Source: an uncultured Planctomycetia bacterium
GTDB taxonomy: Bacteria > Omnitrophota > Gorgyraeia > JABMRG01
Direction of reading: 5' to 3'
Length of the DNA: 63,440 bases
NCBI GenBank assembly: GCA_964634945.1
Contig: CAZWMG010000011.1
Coordinates: 1 to 63,440, forward strand
Shown: piece by piece, positions 30,591 to 40,715 of the stretch
Layout of the letters: every line of letters begins with the position of its first letter
Position numbering within the stretch: position 1 is the stretch's first letter
Program-made: the position numbers and the translations under genes
Notes under the pieces: model-generated
What the model was told of the DNA's origin: nothing
The model's input: only the letters and a program-made list of their open reading frames with translations
The model's database searches: none

Positions 30591-31398
30591 TCTTTAGAGC
30601 CTCAACATATGAATAAGGTATTGAAGTCTTACCTATTAGCATCGCGCCTTTGGCATCACCATGGCAATCAGAACCACCGGTTATTATCAAGTTATTATCT
30701 ATGGCAAATTTTTTATAACGCTTGGCTGTTGAACCTGACTGCTCGGTATGAAAGACCTCTACTCCTTGCAATCCTTCCTCTATCAGCCTTGGTAATATTG
30801 CATCAAGCCTATTAACCACAGGGTGAGCTACTACAGGCACGCCTTTGGCATTTTTTATAGCATCCATAACCATCTGTGACGTATATCTAAAGCTCGATAC
30901 ATAGCAGGGTTTTGTATCTCCAATATACTTTTTAAATGCGACTCGCCAATTGGATATCAGCGCCTTAGCTTCCATATATCTGGCGATGTGAAGCCTGCTG
31001 ATAGATATGTCACCTACAAATTTCAAAACATCTTCCGGATCGATATTAAAACCATGGCCATTAAGGGCCTCGATCATCTTATGTAACCTTTCTATCCTGT
31101 CCTGGCGTATCTTACCAAGGAATTCAAGAAAAATAGGGTCCTTATAATCCATGCAATAACCGAGCATATGCATCTCCTTATTGCCTTCTTCAGCGCTAAC
31201 CTCAACACCCGGTATCACCTCAATATCATATTTCTTGCCTGCTTTTATAGCCTCATCTATGCCGGATACGCTATCGTGGTCTGTAATAGCTATGCAGCAG
31301 AGCCCTCTTTCACTTGCGCATCGCACAACTTCCTCAGGAGACAAGGAACCATCTGAATACTTTGTATGGATATGCAAATCAGCAAGTAGCTCTCTCAC
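30571..31398 (-). CDS. PHP-domain phosphoesterase (TrpH/YciV-like)
   Basis: DLHIHTKYSDG N-terminal motif with later HP..., H and D ligands. Embedded in the rib-nusB operon. Confidence 0.8.
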   Translation of the reverse strand: MRELLADLHIHTKYSDGSLSPEEVVRCASERGLCCIAITDHDSVSGIDEAIKAGKKYDIEVIPGVEVSAEEGNKEMHMLGYCMDYKDPIFLEFLGKIRQDRIERLHKMIEALNGHGFNIDPEDVLKFVGDISISRLHIARYMEAKALISNWRVAFKKYIGDTKPCYVSSFRYTSQMVMDAIKNAKGVPVVAHPVVNRLDAILPRLIEEGLQGVEVFHTEQSGSTAKRYKKFAIDNNLIITGGSDCHGDAKGAMLIGKTSIPYSYVEALKNGYKNS

Positions 31399-31820
31399 TT
31401 TTTAATCTCTTTCTTGTTTATCTTATCCAATATGCCATTTACAAATTTACCTGATTCCAGATCACCATATTTCTTCGCTAGATCAACCGCCTCGTTTATT
31501 GATACCTTTGGGGGTACATCATCAAGAAAAAGTAGTTCATAGCAGCTCATGCGCATTATATTTCTGTCAATGATTGCCATCCTTTCAAGCTGCCAATTCT
31601 GAGCATATAACGATATTGTAGTGTCTATCTGTTTGATATTCTCCTGGGTACCCTGTGCAAGGCTTTCCGCAAACTCCATTATAGATGCCTCAATTTCTTC
31701 CGAAGCTTGAGACTGACTCTTCCAAAAATCACCTAATATGGATTTTATATCTTCATGGCGTATATCCGCCTGGTATAGAATCTGCAACGCGAACTCTCTT
31801 GCTCTGGTTCTTTTTCTCAT
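31395..31820 (-). CDS. nusB: transcription antitermination factor NusB
   Basis: 141 aa with RTRAREFALQILYQ. In the classic ribH-nusB arrangement. Confidence 0.9.
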   Translation of the reverse strand: MRKRTRAREFALQILYQADIRHEDIKSILGDFWKSQSQASEEIEASIMEFAESLAQGTQENIKQIDTTISLYAQNWQLERMAIIDRNIMRMSCYELLFLDDVPPKVSINEAVDLAKKYGDLESGKFVNGILDKINKKEIKK

Positions 31821-31918
31821 ATGCCTATTCCTGTTATTTTAAAGATCCCATATTGTAAATTTGATTACACAGCTTAAAGCACCACATCTTTAACAGTAGC
31901 TATAATCTATAGTCTCAT

Positions 31919-32386
31919 TTATTTTATTGCGCTTAAGAGATTGACCATCTCAATAGCTGATATAGCGGCATCCTTGCCCTTGTTCCCTTCTTTTGAGCCG
32001 GCACGCTTTATAGCCTGTTCGATATTATCAGCTGTAATCACACCAAAAATGGTAGGTATATTCGTATCCATGCCTACCTTAGCAACGCCCTTTGCTACCT
32101 CTGATGAAACATAGTCGAAATGCGGCGTCTCTCCGCGAATAACAGTACCGAGACAGATAACAGCATCATATTTCTTGGATATTGCCATTTTTTTGGCAAC
32201 AAGCGGGACCTCAAACGCGCCGGGGACCCAGGCTACAGCTATGTCCTCATCTTTTCCACCGTGCCTTATCAATGTGTCTATGCATGCCTCCAAGAGTTTC
32301 TTTGTGATAAAATCGTTAAAGCGTGATGTAACGATACCAAAACTCTTACCCTTTACTGTTAACGCGCCTTCTAATGTCCTTACCAT
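31919..32386 (-). CDS. ribH: 6,7-dimethyl-8-ribityllumazine synthase
   Basis: 155 aa with [13 protein letters not shown] and a typical lumazine synthase core. Confidence 0.93.
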   Translation of the reverse strand: MVRTLEGALTVKGKSFGIVTSRFNDFITKKLLEACIDTLIRHGGKDEDIAVAWVPGAFEVPLVAKKMAISKKYDAVICLGTVIRGETPHFDYVSSEVAKGVAKVGMDTNIPTIFGVITADNIEQAIKRAGSKEGNKGKDAAISAIEMVNLLSAIK

Positions 32387-32401
32387 CTTATTACCTCCTT
32401 G

Positions 32402-33610
32402 TTATATATTCTTTAGATAGTGACCAAGTTTATCTCTTTTGGTCTTTAGATATCTCTTGTTTTCCGTTGTTGTATTAATCTCAATCGGCACTCTTTCTAT
32501 GATCCTAAGGCCGTATCCTTCCAGTCCTATAATTTTTTGTGGATTATTTGTAAGCAACCTAATATTAGTTATACCTAGATCCGCTAATATCTGCGCCCCT
32601 ATGCCGTAATCCCTGAGATCTGCATCAAAACCGAGGGCATGATTCGCCTCCACAGTATCAAGGCCATCATCCTGTAATGAATAAGCCTTAACCTTATTAA
32701 CAAGGCCTATACCCCTGCCTTCCTGGCTCATATATAAAAGAACCCCGCAGCCCTGATCGCTTATTTTCTTAAGCGCGTGATGTAACTGGTCTCCGCAATC
32801 ACACCTCTTTGAACCAAATATGTCTCCTGTAAGACATTGAGAATGAACCCTTACAAGAACTCCGCTAATATCATTATGATCTATCTCACCTTTTACCAAA
32901 GCGACATGGTGATAATTATCTATCTTTGACTCATAGACATGTAATGTAAACTCACCAAACTGGGTAGGCAATTTTGTTTGCGCAAGATGCTTTACGAGCT
33001 TATCACACCTACGCCTGAATCCTATAAGTTCCTTTATGGAGCATATCTTTAAGCTATGCTCCTTGGCATATTCGAGTAATTCAGGCATTCGCGCCATTGT
33101 GCCATCATCATTCATTATCTCACATATAACAGCTGCCGGAGAGAGCCCAGCAAGTTTCGCAAAGTCAGTAGATGCCTCTGTGTGGCCAGCTCGTACCAAT
33201 ACGCCGCCTTCTTTTGAGCGTAGAGGAAATATATGCCCTGGACGCGCAAGATCTTCAGGCTTCGCATCCGGCGCTATCATAACCTTTATGGTTCGCGCTC
33301 TATCGTATGCGGATATCCCTGTTGTTATGCCTTCTGCCGCGTCTACCGAGATCGCCCATGCGGTACCATAGGGCGTATTTGAGCTATGTATCATCGGGTG
33401 TAGATCCAGTTTATCCATTAATTCGCCTTCAAGCGAAACGCAGACAAGGCCCCGGCCATATCTTGCCATAAAATTGATATTCTCCGGAGTCGCGAAAGAA
33501 GCGGCTACAACAAGGTCCCCTTCATTTTCACGCGATTCATCATCTACTACTATAACGACTTTGCCTTGCTTAATATCCTCTATTATCTCTGGTATTGTAT
33601 TTAATTTCAC
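32402..33610 (-). CDS. ribBA: bifunctional 3,4-dihydroxy-2-butanone-4-phosphate synthase / GTP cyclohydrolase II
   Basis: DHBP synthase [11 protein letters not shown] and the GCH II Zn site [20 protein letters not shown]. Confidence 0.94.
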   Translation of the reverse strand: MKLNTIPEIIEDIKQGKVVIVVDDESRENEGDLVVAASFATPENINFMARYGRGLVCVSLEGELMDKLDLHPMIHSSNTPYGTAWAISVDAAEGITTGISAYDRARTIKVMIAPDAKPEDLARPGHIFPLRSKEGGVLVRAGHTEASTDFAKLAGLSPAAVICEIMNDDGTMARMPELLEYAKEHSLKICSIKELIGFRRRCDKLVKHLAQTKLPTQFGEFTLHVYESKIDNYHHVALVKGEIDHNDISGVLVRVHSQCLTGDIFGSKRCDCGDQLHHALKKISDQGCGVLLYMSQEGRGIGLVNKVKAYSLQDDGLDTVEANHALGFDADLRDYGIGAQILADLGITNIRLLTNNPQKIIGLEGYGLRIIERVPIEINTTTENKRYLKTKRDKLGHYLKNI

Positions 33611-33630
33611 TTTTATCGCCCCTTAAATAT

Positions 33631-33795
33631 AAAAATCCCGAAGTATAAACTTCGGGATAGAAAATAACAATAAAATATCTCCTCTTCTCTCATCTAGACT
33701 ATACTATTGGCAAAGGAATCACACCTTTTCTGCTCTTATTAGGGAGCTCGTCGGCTTTACGACCAGTAGGGAATCACACCCTATCCCGAAGACTT
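33631..33795 (-). promoter_or_regulatory. FMN riboswitch (RFN element) with terminator expression platform
   Basis: The minus strand reads GUCUUCGGGAUAGGGUGUGAUUCCCUACUGGUCGUAAAGCCGACGAGC...AAAAGGUGUGAUUCCUUUGCCAAUAGUAUAGUCUAGAUGAGAGAAGAGG. This is followed by the hairpin TCCCGAAGTTTATACTTCGGGA and a T-run directly before ribBA. Confidence 0.9.
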
Positions 33796-33799
33796 GATG

Positions 33800-33827
33800 A
33801 GTATACCACAATCCTTAAATCTGTCAA
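33800..33827 (-). promoter_or_regulatory. promoter of the FMN riboswitch / rib operon
   Basis: On the minus strand: TTGACA, 16 bp, then TGg-TATACT (extended -10), a few nt upstream of the riboswitch P1. Confidence 0.65.
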
Positions 33828-33980
33828 GCGAAAACAAAAAAGTTATTTGTAATCTCTCATCCGCCACTCTCCTCTAAGCTAAAAGTTTCGTAGCAACTCT
33901 CTCTTAGCTAGATAATCTAGGCGTGTCTTGCAAGTGCGCCCTTAATCAAGAACTGTTCTGAAAGTAAGCTTTTGAGTAAT

Positions 33981-34143
33981 GCAGCAGAACCTCTTTATTG
34001 CAAGCGAGCCCACCTGCCAGCGAGGCAAGCATGGTTCCCTGCGCTTTATTTTACAATGAAAAACAGCAGGGGGAGCGAGCAACAACGCGGAGTACAATTT
34101 TCTACGCTGGAGGAAATTGTACGTTCCTGCTCCGACTGCTGCT
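33981..34143 (+). repeat. structured element B1 (same family as A)
   Basis: Closed by GCAGCAG/CTGCTGC. Contains CAGCAGGG...GGAGCGAGCAACAA and the hairpin TACAATTTTC-TACGCTGGA-GGAAATTGTA, then TCCTGCTCC. Confidence 0.55.
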
Positions 34144-34195
34144 GAACTATCTCATAGCATCTTAAAGATAAAAAAAACAAGAGTAAAGATTGCCG

Positions 34196-34345
34196 CATGC
34201 TTTGGGTAATTGTAGCAGGGCCTTTTTGTTACGAATGGCACGGTTTTTCCACGCTTCCAAGTTTATATGAATGAGTAACAAAGTGGAGTGAAAAAAACCT
34301 CGCTGTGGTTTTTGAGCGTCCCTACGAAATTAGCCCAAAGTGTAC
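34196..34345 (+). repeat. structured element B2 (closest relative of A)
   Basis: Same block order as A: closing helix, AGCAGGGCCTTTT, helix tgttac/gtaaca, AAGTGGAG, hairpin AAAAACC-TCGCTGT-GGTTTTT, then CCCTACG. Confidence 0.6.
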
Positions 34346-34427
34346 GGGAATTAGCAACTAAATTGCTTCATAATCGATGTGCGCCATAAACCAAAACGAT
34401 TTCAAGGCCCTCTTTAATAATTGCAAC

Positions 34428-34455
34428 TTGACAATAACAGACATCGTTATATAAT
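34428..34455 (+). promoter_or_regulatory. promoter of the GAF-GGDEF gene
   Basis: TTGACA, 16 bp, then TATAAT. The ATG at 34466 lies only 10 nt after the -10 box, so the leader is very short or absent. Confidence 0.55.
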
Positions 34456-34465
34456 AATCCTTACT

Positions 34466-35635
34466 ATGGACAATAAAATAGAACAACTAAAAGCTGAGTT
34501 ACAAAAAACCAAATCCGAGCTTTGGTTCCTGTACGCGATATCTAATGCCATGAGAACCACATTAAACCTCCCTGAGGTGCTCTATGTCATATTAAGCGCT
34601 GTAACATCCCATGAAGGCCTTGGCTTTAATAGGGCGATGCTTTTTTTGGTAAACAAGAGCCGCTCCGCGCTTGAAGGTGTTATGGCCATAGGATCTACTA
34701 ATGCCGAAGACGCATACGCTATATGGAAAAAGATCGAAGAAGAGAAATTAAGCCTTGAAAGAATTGTAGATATGTTTCACCGTATCGATAGCCATGTAGT
34801 AAATGCGCCTTTGAATAATATCGTTAAGAAAATAAGGCTTCCGTTAAACGAGAATAGCGGGATACTCGCTATGTGTACGCTTGAAGGCATGAATTTCGAT
34901 ATCGCATCCAGGGAAACAAGAGACAGTATCTCTGATCCAATTCTTGATAAACTTAATATAGATCTCTTCGCGGCAGTGCCTCTTAAGGGAAAGCATGAAA
35001 TCCAAGGCGTTCTCGTTGTAGATAATATGGTAACAAAAAAACCTATTACCAAAGACGATATCCGCATACTCACTATGTTCGCGAATCAGGCGGGCCTCGC
35101 TATAGAAAATGCCCACCTCTATGAAACTACAAAATTCCAGGCACATACCGATTCCTTAACAAGATTATGGAACCATGGATATTTTCAGAACAGCTTAACC
35201 AAGGCTATAAAAACAGCCAGATTGCAAAAATCTACCGTCTCACTCGCGATGATAGACCTGGATAACTTCAAGATATACAATGATATTCTTGGTCACCAAA
35301 AAGGCGATGCTGCCCTGCGTGAAGTTGCGTCTATCCTAAAAAAAAGTACTCGCAGTCAGGATCTTGTCTGCAGGTATGGCGGCGAGGAATTTGCGGTTAT
35401 AATGCCCGGCATGGGCAAAGATAGCTCTCTTACTGCTGTCGAAAGGCTAAGGCAGGCAATCGAAAAAACTTTTAAGCGCATAGAAAAAAAGCGTTCATTT
35501 CCGCCACTAACAATAAGTTCAGGGCTGGCGTCTTTTCCCAATGATGCGCAAAAAAAAGAAAACCTCATCAAAAAAGCTGACGAAGCCCTCTATAGCGCTA
35601 AACATACCGGAAAAAATAAAGTAAGCTGCTGCTAA
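34466..35635 (+). CDS. GAF-domain diguanylate cyclase (GGDEF)
   Basis: Active-site GGEEF (RYGGEEFAVIM) with an RxxD I-site (RSQD) 5 residues upstream. N-terminal coiled coil plus GAF. Start moved to ATG 34466. Confidence 0.88.
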   Translation: MDNKIEQLKAELQKTKSELWFLYAISNAMRTTLNLPEVLYVILSAVTSHEGLGFNRAMLFLVNKSRSALEGVMAIGSTNAEDAYAIWKKIEEEKLSLERIVDMFHRIDSHVVNAPLNNIVKKIRLPLNENSGILAMCTLEGMNFDIASRETRDSISDPILDKLNIDLFAAVPLKGKHEIQGVLVVDNMVTKKPITKDDIRILTMFANQAGLAIENAHLYETTKFQAHTDSLTRLWNHGYFQNSLTKAIKTARLQKSTVSLAMIDLDNFKIYNDILGHQKGDAALREVASILKKSTRSQDLVCRYGGEEFAVIMPGMGKDSSLTAVERLRQAIEKTFKRIEKKRSFPPLTISSGLASFPNDAQKKENLIKKADEALYSAKHTGKNKVSCC

Positions 35636-38600
35636 ACCTTGCCATCTACTACAGGTTCTTCAAAAGCCTGCGTTGTAATCGGTTCTGTTGCGGAATCTTT
35701 TAGTCTTTTCGCTGTTAACTCTTCAGATGTCCTCTTCCTGTCCGCAATCTTCTCATCATCAACAAGCTGTACCGATACTATCTTAGATATGCCTGATCGC
35801 TCCATTGTAATACCATACATGATATCGCAAACAGAGATGGTCTTTTTATTGTGCGTAATTATGATAAATTGCGTTGTCTTTATAAACTCCTGCAGCATCC
35901 TGCTAAAACGATCGATATTTGCTTCGTCTAAAGGCGCGTCGATCTCATCTAAGATGCAAAATGGCGTTGGCCTTACTTTAAAAAGCGCAAAAAGTAGCGC
36001 AACAGAGGTAAGGGCCTTCTCACCTCCTGAGAGGAGTGAGATAGATTGAAGCTTTTTGCCCGGAGGACGAACTACTATCTCAATGCCGCTCTCTAATATA
36101 TCTGCCTGATCCATAAGGAAAAGCTCTGCAGTGCCGCCTCCAAAGAGGAGCTTAAAATATTCTTTAAAGGCAACTTGGATCTGTTCGAATGTCTCTATAA
36201 ACATCTTTCTTGTTGTGCGATTTATCTTATTAATAGCCTTATGAAGAGATTCTTTCGCGCTTAAGAGATCTTCCTGCTGACTGCTTAAAAAATCATACCT
36301 ATCCTGCAATTCCTTATGCTCCTCTATCGCTACAAGATTTACATGGCCCATCTTCTCGATCTTTGCCTTCAAAGACTCTACCTCCTCTGCCATCTGCTGA
36401 AAGTCTTCGGTCCCCTCAAATACAACCTGTTCCTGATCAAGATCGATCTTATACGCTAACTCCACCTTCTCTTTTATGCTGTTGGCCTTATATGTAAGTT
36501 CACTTATATTCAAATGAAAATTTGATATGCTACTTCTAACTTCATCGAGATTTTTTTGCATATTATGGGTCTTGCTCTCCCTCTCTTCTACCTGAATATA
36601 TGCCGCGGACCTTTCTTTCTGCAACTTTTCAAGCTCGCTGTTAACAACAGCGAATTTTTCCGCTAATTGACCGTTCTCTTTATCCGCGTATTCTATATCA
36701 GCTGTTAAAGATGCGGCCTTGGCATGTGCCTCTTGGAGCTGATTTTTTCTTTCTGATATTGATGTGTCCTCGTTCTGCAATGACTCTCTAAGCATATTTA
36801 GTGACGCATTCTGTGAATCATATTTCTCCGCGACAAGTGACATCTGAGTCCGTAGTTCTGTAAGATAGACTACGGACTTCTCTTTCTCTGTAGCCTGCAA
36901 GACAATAGTCTCCTGATTCTGGCCTATAAAGGCTTCTATTCTATTCTGCTCTGATTCAAGCTCAGTTAACTCTATGGCGAATGTCTCTTCTTGCTGCTTA
37001 AACGTAGTCTCTTCTTCTGCCGTCTCATCTAATTCAAGCTCTATGAGATCCAATTCCTCCTGCAATTTACTTTTTTGATCGTTAACCTTTCTCTTCTCAG
37101 ACTCTTTCTCATGAAGTTTTATCTCTTCTTTTTTCGCTACTTCTTCCTGGCTTGAAACATCTTTCTTCATCTGCTCAAGCCTGAATGCCATGGCTGAATG
37201 CTCTTTTTCGTAATCAAGGATCCGGCTCTTAAGGCTATCTACTTCTGCTTCAAGTTCTCTTATCTTCGCGTCTCTACCTATTATACTTGTATATTCATCC
37301 GCAAAATTTGATCCGCCGGAATAGATAATTCCGGCCTTCATGTCACCTTCTTCAGTAACTAATATCGCGGAAGAGTCTCTGCGCTCTAAGCCATCAGATA
37401 TAGACCCTACCAAATATGTTTGCCTTAAAAGATAATTTAATATATGCCTGCCCTCGTCTCTTGAGCCTATTAATTGAGATAGTTTTTTTGCCTCATCCAT
37501 TGGGGGCGGAATACTATCCACGCTTGAATCCATAGGGATATCTTCCGATACTATGAACTGCGCCCTGCCTTTTTTGTTTTCTTTAAGAAATGTCAGCGCT
37601 GCTTTACGTGCCGCTGCGTTCTTTACGATTATCGCTTGGCTCTTTTCACCCAAAACAGATTCCAGTGGCCTAATAAGGCTTTCCTTCGCTTCTATCATAT
37701 CAGCTACAATACCTACAAAAAGCTCTTTCTGTTCGGGGTTATTCTCTATAAACTCCATGTAGGCCTTTACCCCTTCGGAAAAACCTTCCTGATTTTGCTT
37801 AAGATCTTGCAAAACCTCTAGCTTTGAACCGGATGAAGCAAACTTCTGTTTCATCTTATCTATTATATCTGTCTTCTCCTTAAAATTAATGCCAAGTTGT
37901 GTAAACGCGTTTTTGAGTGAGTGTAAAAGCTGTAAGACATTTTCTAAAACTTTTCTCTGTTCTATAAGCGCGGTTTCGGCAGTCTGCAAACTAGTCTCAA
38001 CCAAATCCTTATCATTTACAATCTTATCTTTCTCAATACCTAATCTGCGATTACGCGATAAAGTAGCGGCAATACCTGCTGAAACCTTACTCAATTCATT
38101 CCTGACCCTTGACTGGTGTGACGCGTTCTCCATAACAGAGACCTTGCTATCTGATAGGGCCTTTTCGCACTCTTTTATAGTTTGTGTTATTTTTGTTAAC
38201 CCTTCTTCTGTTTGGGTTACTAGCGTTTGTTTCTTCTCACGCTCGTCATCTATCAAGTTAAACTCGTACTCTACGGAAGATATCTTTTGACGCATCTCAG
38301 ATGTCCTTCTAGATATCTCTTCTACCTCTTTTGTCAGCGACTCAGAACGCTGCTTCAATTCCTCTATGCGCTCGGTATTTACCCTTATGCTGTTTTTGCT
38401 CATCTCTATCGCGCCTGAGATCTCAGACGCGGACTGCCTTGTCTGCGCTATATTATCGTCCAGAGAATTTATCTTATCACGATATATACGCAACTCATCC
38501 TGTTGCAAATTAAGCTCCAGAGAAAGGTGCCCTTCTTTTTGCTTAAAAGATCCTGTGCTCTCCTTCTTGCTCTTCTCCTGCTCTCTAATTTCGCTGTATT

Positions 38601-39297
38601 CATGTAAGGTCAATTTGATATCGAGATTCTTCAATAAATCAAATTGCACACGAAATTTCTCCGCCTTCTGGGCCTGTCTCTCGATAGAATTTATCTGGCG
38701 TCTTACTTCGTTTACAATATCAGCGATCCTTACAAGGTTGTTATCTGTATGCTCTAATTTATTCAGCGCCTCTTTTCTCTTTGTCTTATATTTTGTAATA
38801 CCGCTTGCTTCTTCAAATATCTCACGACGGTCCTCCGGTTTCGCATGAAGCACACGGTCCATCTTGCCCTGCTCGGCTATAGAGTATGAACTTACACCAA
38901 TACCTGTACCGGCTAGAAGCGCTGTTATATCTTTAAGTCGTACCTGTGTCTTATTTAAGAGATATTCACTCTCGCCGGAACGAAATACTCTCCTTGTTAT
39001 AATAACTTCGTCGTAATCAACTGGAAGTACGCGATCAATATTTGAGAATGTAAGAGAGACCTCAGCAAGATTAACCGCCTCTGTACTATCGGTACCATTA
39101 AAAATTATATCCTCCATCTTTGAACCACGCAACTCCTTGGCGCTCTGTTCGCCAAGAACCCACTTCATGCTATCACTTATATTGGATTTTCCGCAGCCAT
39201 TAGGGCCTACTATAGCCGCGACACCGGGCTCAAAACTGAGGGTTGTCTTATTAGCAAAAGATTTGAATCCATGTAACTCAATTTTTTTAAGGTACAA
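35632..39297 (-). CDS. smc: chromosome segregation protein SMC
   Basis: 1221 aa. Walker A GPNGCGKSN, long coiled coils with a hinge, signature LSGGEKALTSVALLFA and Walker B ILDEIDAPLD. TTG start preceded by GGAAGGAG. Confidence 0.95.
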   Translation of the reverse strand: MYLKKIELHGFKSFANKTTLSFEPGVAAIVGPNGCGKSNISDSMKWVLGEQSAKELRGSKMEDIIFNGTDSTEAVNLAEVSLTFSNIDRVLPVDYDEVIITRRVFRSGESEYLLNKTQVRLKDITALLAGTGIGVSSYSIAEQGKMDRVLHAKPEDRREIFEEASGITKYKTKRKEALNKLEHTDNNLVRIADIVNEVRRQINSIERQAQKAEKFRVQFDLLKNLDIKLTLHEYSEIREQEKSKKESTGSFKQKEGHLSLELNLQQDELRIYRDKINSLDDNIAQTRQSASEISGAIEMSKNSIRVNTERIEELKQRSESLTKEVEEISRRTSEMRQKISSVEYEFNLIDDEREKKQTLVTQTEEGLTKITQTIKECEKALSDSKVSVMENASHQSRVRNELSKVSAGIAATLSRNRRLGIEKDKIVNDKDLVETSLQTAETALIEQRKVLENVLQLLHSLKNAFTQLGINFKEKTDIIDKMKQKFASSGSKLEVLQDLKQNQEGFSEGVKAYMEFIENNPEQKELFVGIVADMIEAKESLIRPLESVLGEKSQAIIVKNAAARKAALTFLKENKKGRAQFIVSEDIPMDSSVDSIPPPMDEAKKLSQLIGSRDEGRHILNYLLRQTYLVGSISDGLERRDSSAILVTEEGDMKAGIIYSGGSNFADEYTSIIGRDAKIRELEAEVDSLKSRILDYEKEHSAMAFRLEQMKKDVSSQEEVAKKEEIKLHEKESEKRKVNDQKSKLQEELDLIELELDETAEEETTFKQQEETFAIELTELESEQNRIEAFIGQNQETIVLQATEKEKSVVYLTELRTQMSLVAEKYDSQNASLNMLRESLQNEDTSISERKNQLQEAHAKAASLTADIEYADKENGQLAEKFAVVNSELEKLQKERSAAYIQVEERESKTHNMQKNLDEVRSSISNFHLNISELTYKANSIKEKVELAYKIDLDQEQVVFEGTEDFQQMAEEVESLKAKIEKMGHVNLVAIEEHKELQDRYDFLSSQQEDLLSAKESLHKAINKINRTTRKMFIETFEQIQVAFKEYFKLLFGGGTAELFLMDQADILESGIEIVVRPPGKKLQSISLLSGGEKALTSVALLFALFKVRPTPFCILDEIDAPLDEANIDRFSRMLQEFIKTTQFIIITHNKKTISVCDIMYGITMERSGISKIVSVQLVDDEKIADRKRTSEELTAKRLKDSATEPITTQAFEEPVVDGKV

Positions 39298-39342
39298 TTG
39301 TTACTCCTTCCGATTTATTAATATATTACGTCTCTGTATACT

Positions 39343-39367
39343 AAAAAACCTGCTTATCCGGCAGGTT
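39343..39367 (-). terminator. intrinsic terminator after etfA (bidirectional shape)
   Basis: AACCTGC-ttatccg-GCAGGTT flanked by A6 and T6. Confidence 0.75.
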
Positions 39368-39519
39368 TTTTCCGACGCAGAACAGGCGTATATATAAAAT
39401 TACCTGCCCTAGATTCAGACGAATGCAACCCCACCGATATAATTATTATTACAAAATATCGACGGATTGTCAAGATTAAACAATATGATTTTGGGGATTT
39501 TTTTCGCTGTAAATGACTA

Positions 39520-40713
39520 TTAAGATAGAATGGATTTGATTTTTTTGGTAAGAGCCGGTATTATTTCGAATAAATCACCCACTATACCGAAGTTTGCAAC
39601 CTGAAAGATCGGTGCGTCAGGATCTTTATTAATAGCTATGATTATATCAGAAGAGGACATTCCCGCCAGATGCTGTATCTGCCCTGAAATCCCGCATGCT
39701 ATATATATTTTTGGACAAACTGTCTTGCCTGTCTGTCCAACCTGGTGTGAATAAACTATCCAATCAGCATCTACGGCAGCTCGCGAAGCACCCACCGCAC
39801 CGCCTATCGCATCCGCTAACTCATGTAGGAGAGCAAAGTTCTCTGGCTTGCCCAGGCCCCTGCCGCCTGATACGATGATGTCTGCCTCAGATAGATTGAC
39901 ACTCTGGCCTTCCTCCTCCATAACGCTAATGACCTTTGTTCTTGATGATAATACACTATCACCATAAGATTTTTCTATAACTTCTCCGCTCCTTGCGGTA
40001 TCGACTTCAGCCTCCTTCATAACCTTATGTCTTACTGTTGCCATCTGTGGCCTATGTTTTGGACAGATAATAGTAGCCATTATATTACCGCCAAAAGCAG
40101 GGCGTGTCTGCAAAAGAAGTGCCTTTTCCTGATCTATATCAAGGCCCGTACAGTCTGCTGTCAATCCGGCATCGATTTTTACAGCAACCCTTGCTATCAA
40201 TGAACGCCCTGTCGAAGTAGCGCCGCATAAGACAACCTCCGGCTTATACTCATTGATAAGCTCTATGAGAACCTTGGAATAAGGTTCACTCTGATACTGC
40301 AAAAGCTTTGGGGAATCTACAAGGTATACCTTCTCAGCGCCGCGATGTATAAGCTCATCTGTTTTTGCCTGCATATCCTTGCCCAAAAGTACAACAGAGA
40401 GCTCAGCGCCTAATTTATCGGCAAGCTCTCTGCCTTTTCCCAGAAGCTCGTATGTAATACTCTGTATATTGCCCTTATACTGCTCTGCCACAACCCAGAC
40501 ACCTTTATAGGCCGTGATATCCTGCGCAATTACCTCATCTTTTCTTAAGAGTATCGCTTCAAACTTGCATGAATCAACACATCCGCCGCATAGAGTACAT
40601 TTATCAAAATCTATAACAGCGAGATTTCCATCCATAGATATAGCGCCAAAAGGACATGACTGCAAACATGCCTGGCAACCAACACACTGTTCTGTAATTA
40701 TCTCTATGCCCAT
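39520..40713 (-). CDS. etfA: electron transfer flavoprotein alpha subunit with N-terminal 2x[4Fe-4S] ferredoxin domain
   Basis: CVGCQACLQSCP and CTLCGGCVDSCK cluster motifs, followed by the EtfA FAD-binding C-domain. Confidence 0.9.
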   Translation of the reverse strand: MGIEIITEQCVGCQACLQSCPFGAISMDGNLAVIDFDKCTLCGGCVDSCKFEAILLRKDEVIAQDITAYKGVWVVAEQYKGNIQSITYELLGKGRELADKLGAELSVVLLGKDMQAKTDELIHRGAEKVYLVDSPKLLQYQSEPYSKVLIELINEYKPEVVLCGATSTGRSLIARVAVKIDAGLTADCTGLDIDQEKALLLQTRPAFGGNIMATIICPKHRPQMATVRHKVMKEAEVDTARSGEVIEKSYGDSVLSSRTKVISVMEEEGQSVNLSEADIIVSGGRGLGKPENFALLHELADAIGGAVGASRAAVDADWIVYSHQVGQTGKTVCPKIYIACGISGQIQHLAGMSSSDIIIAINKDPDAPIFQVANFGIVGDLFEIIPALTKKIKSILS

Positions 40714-40715
40714 GA

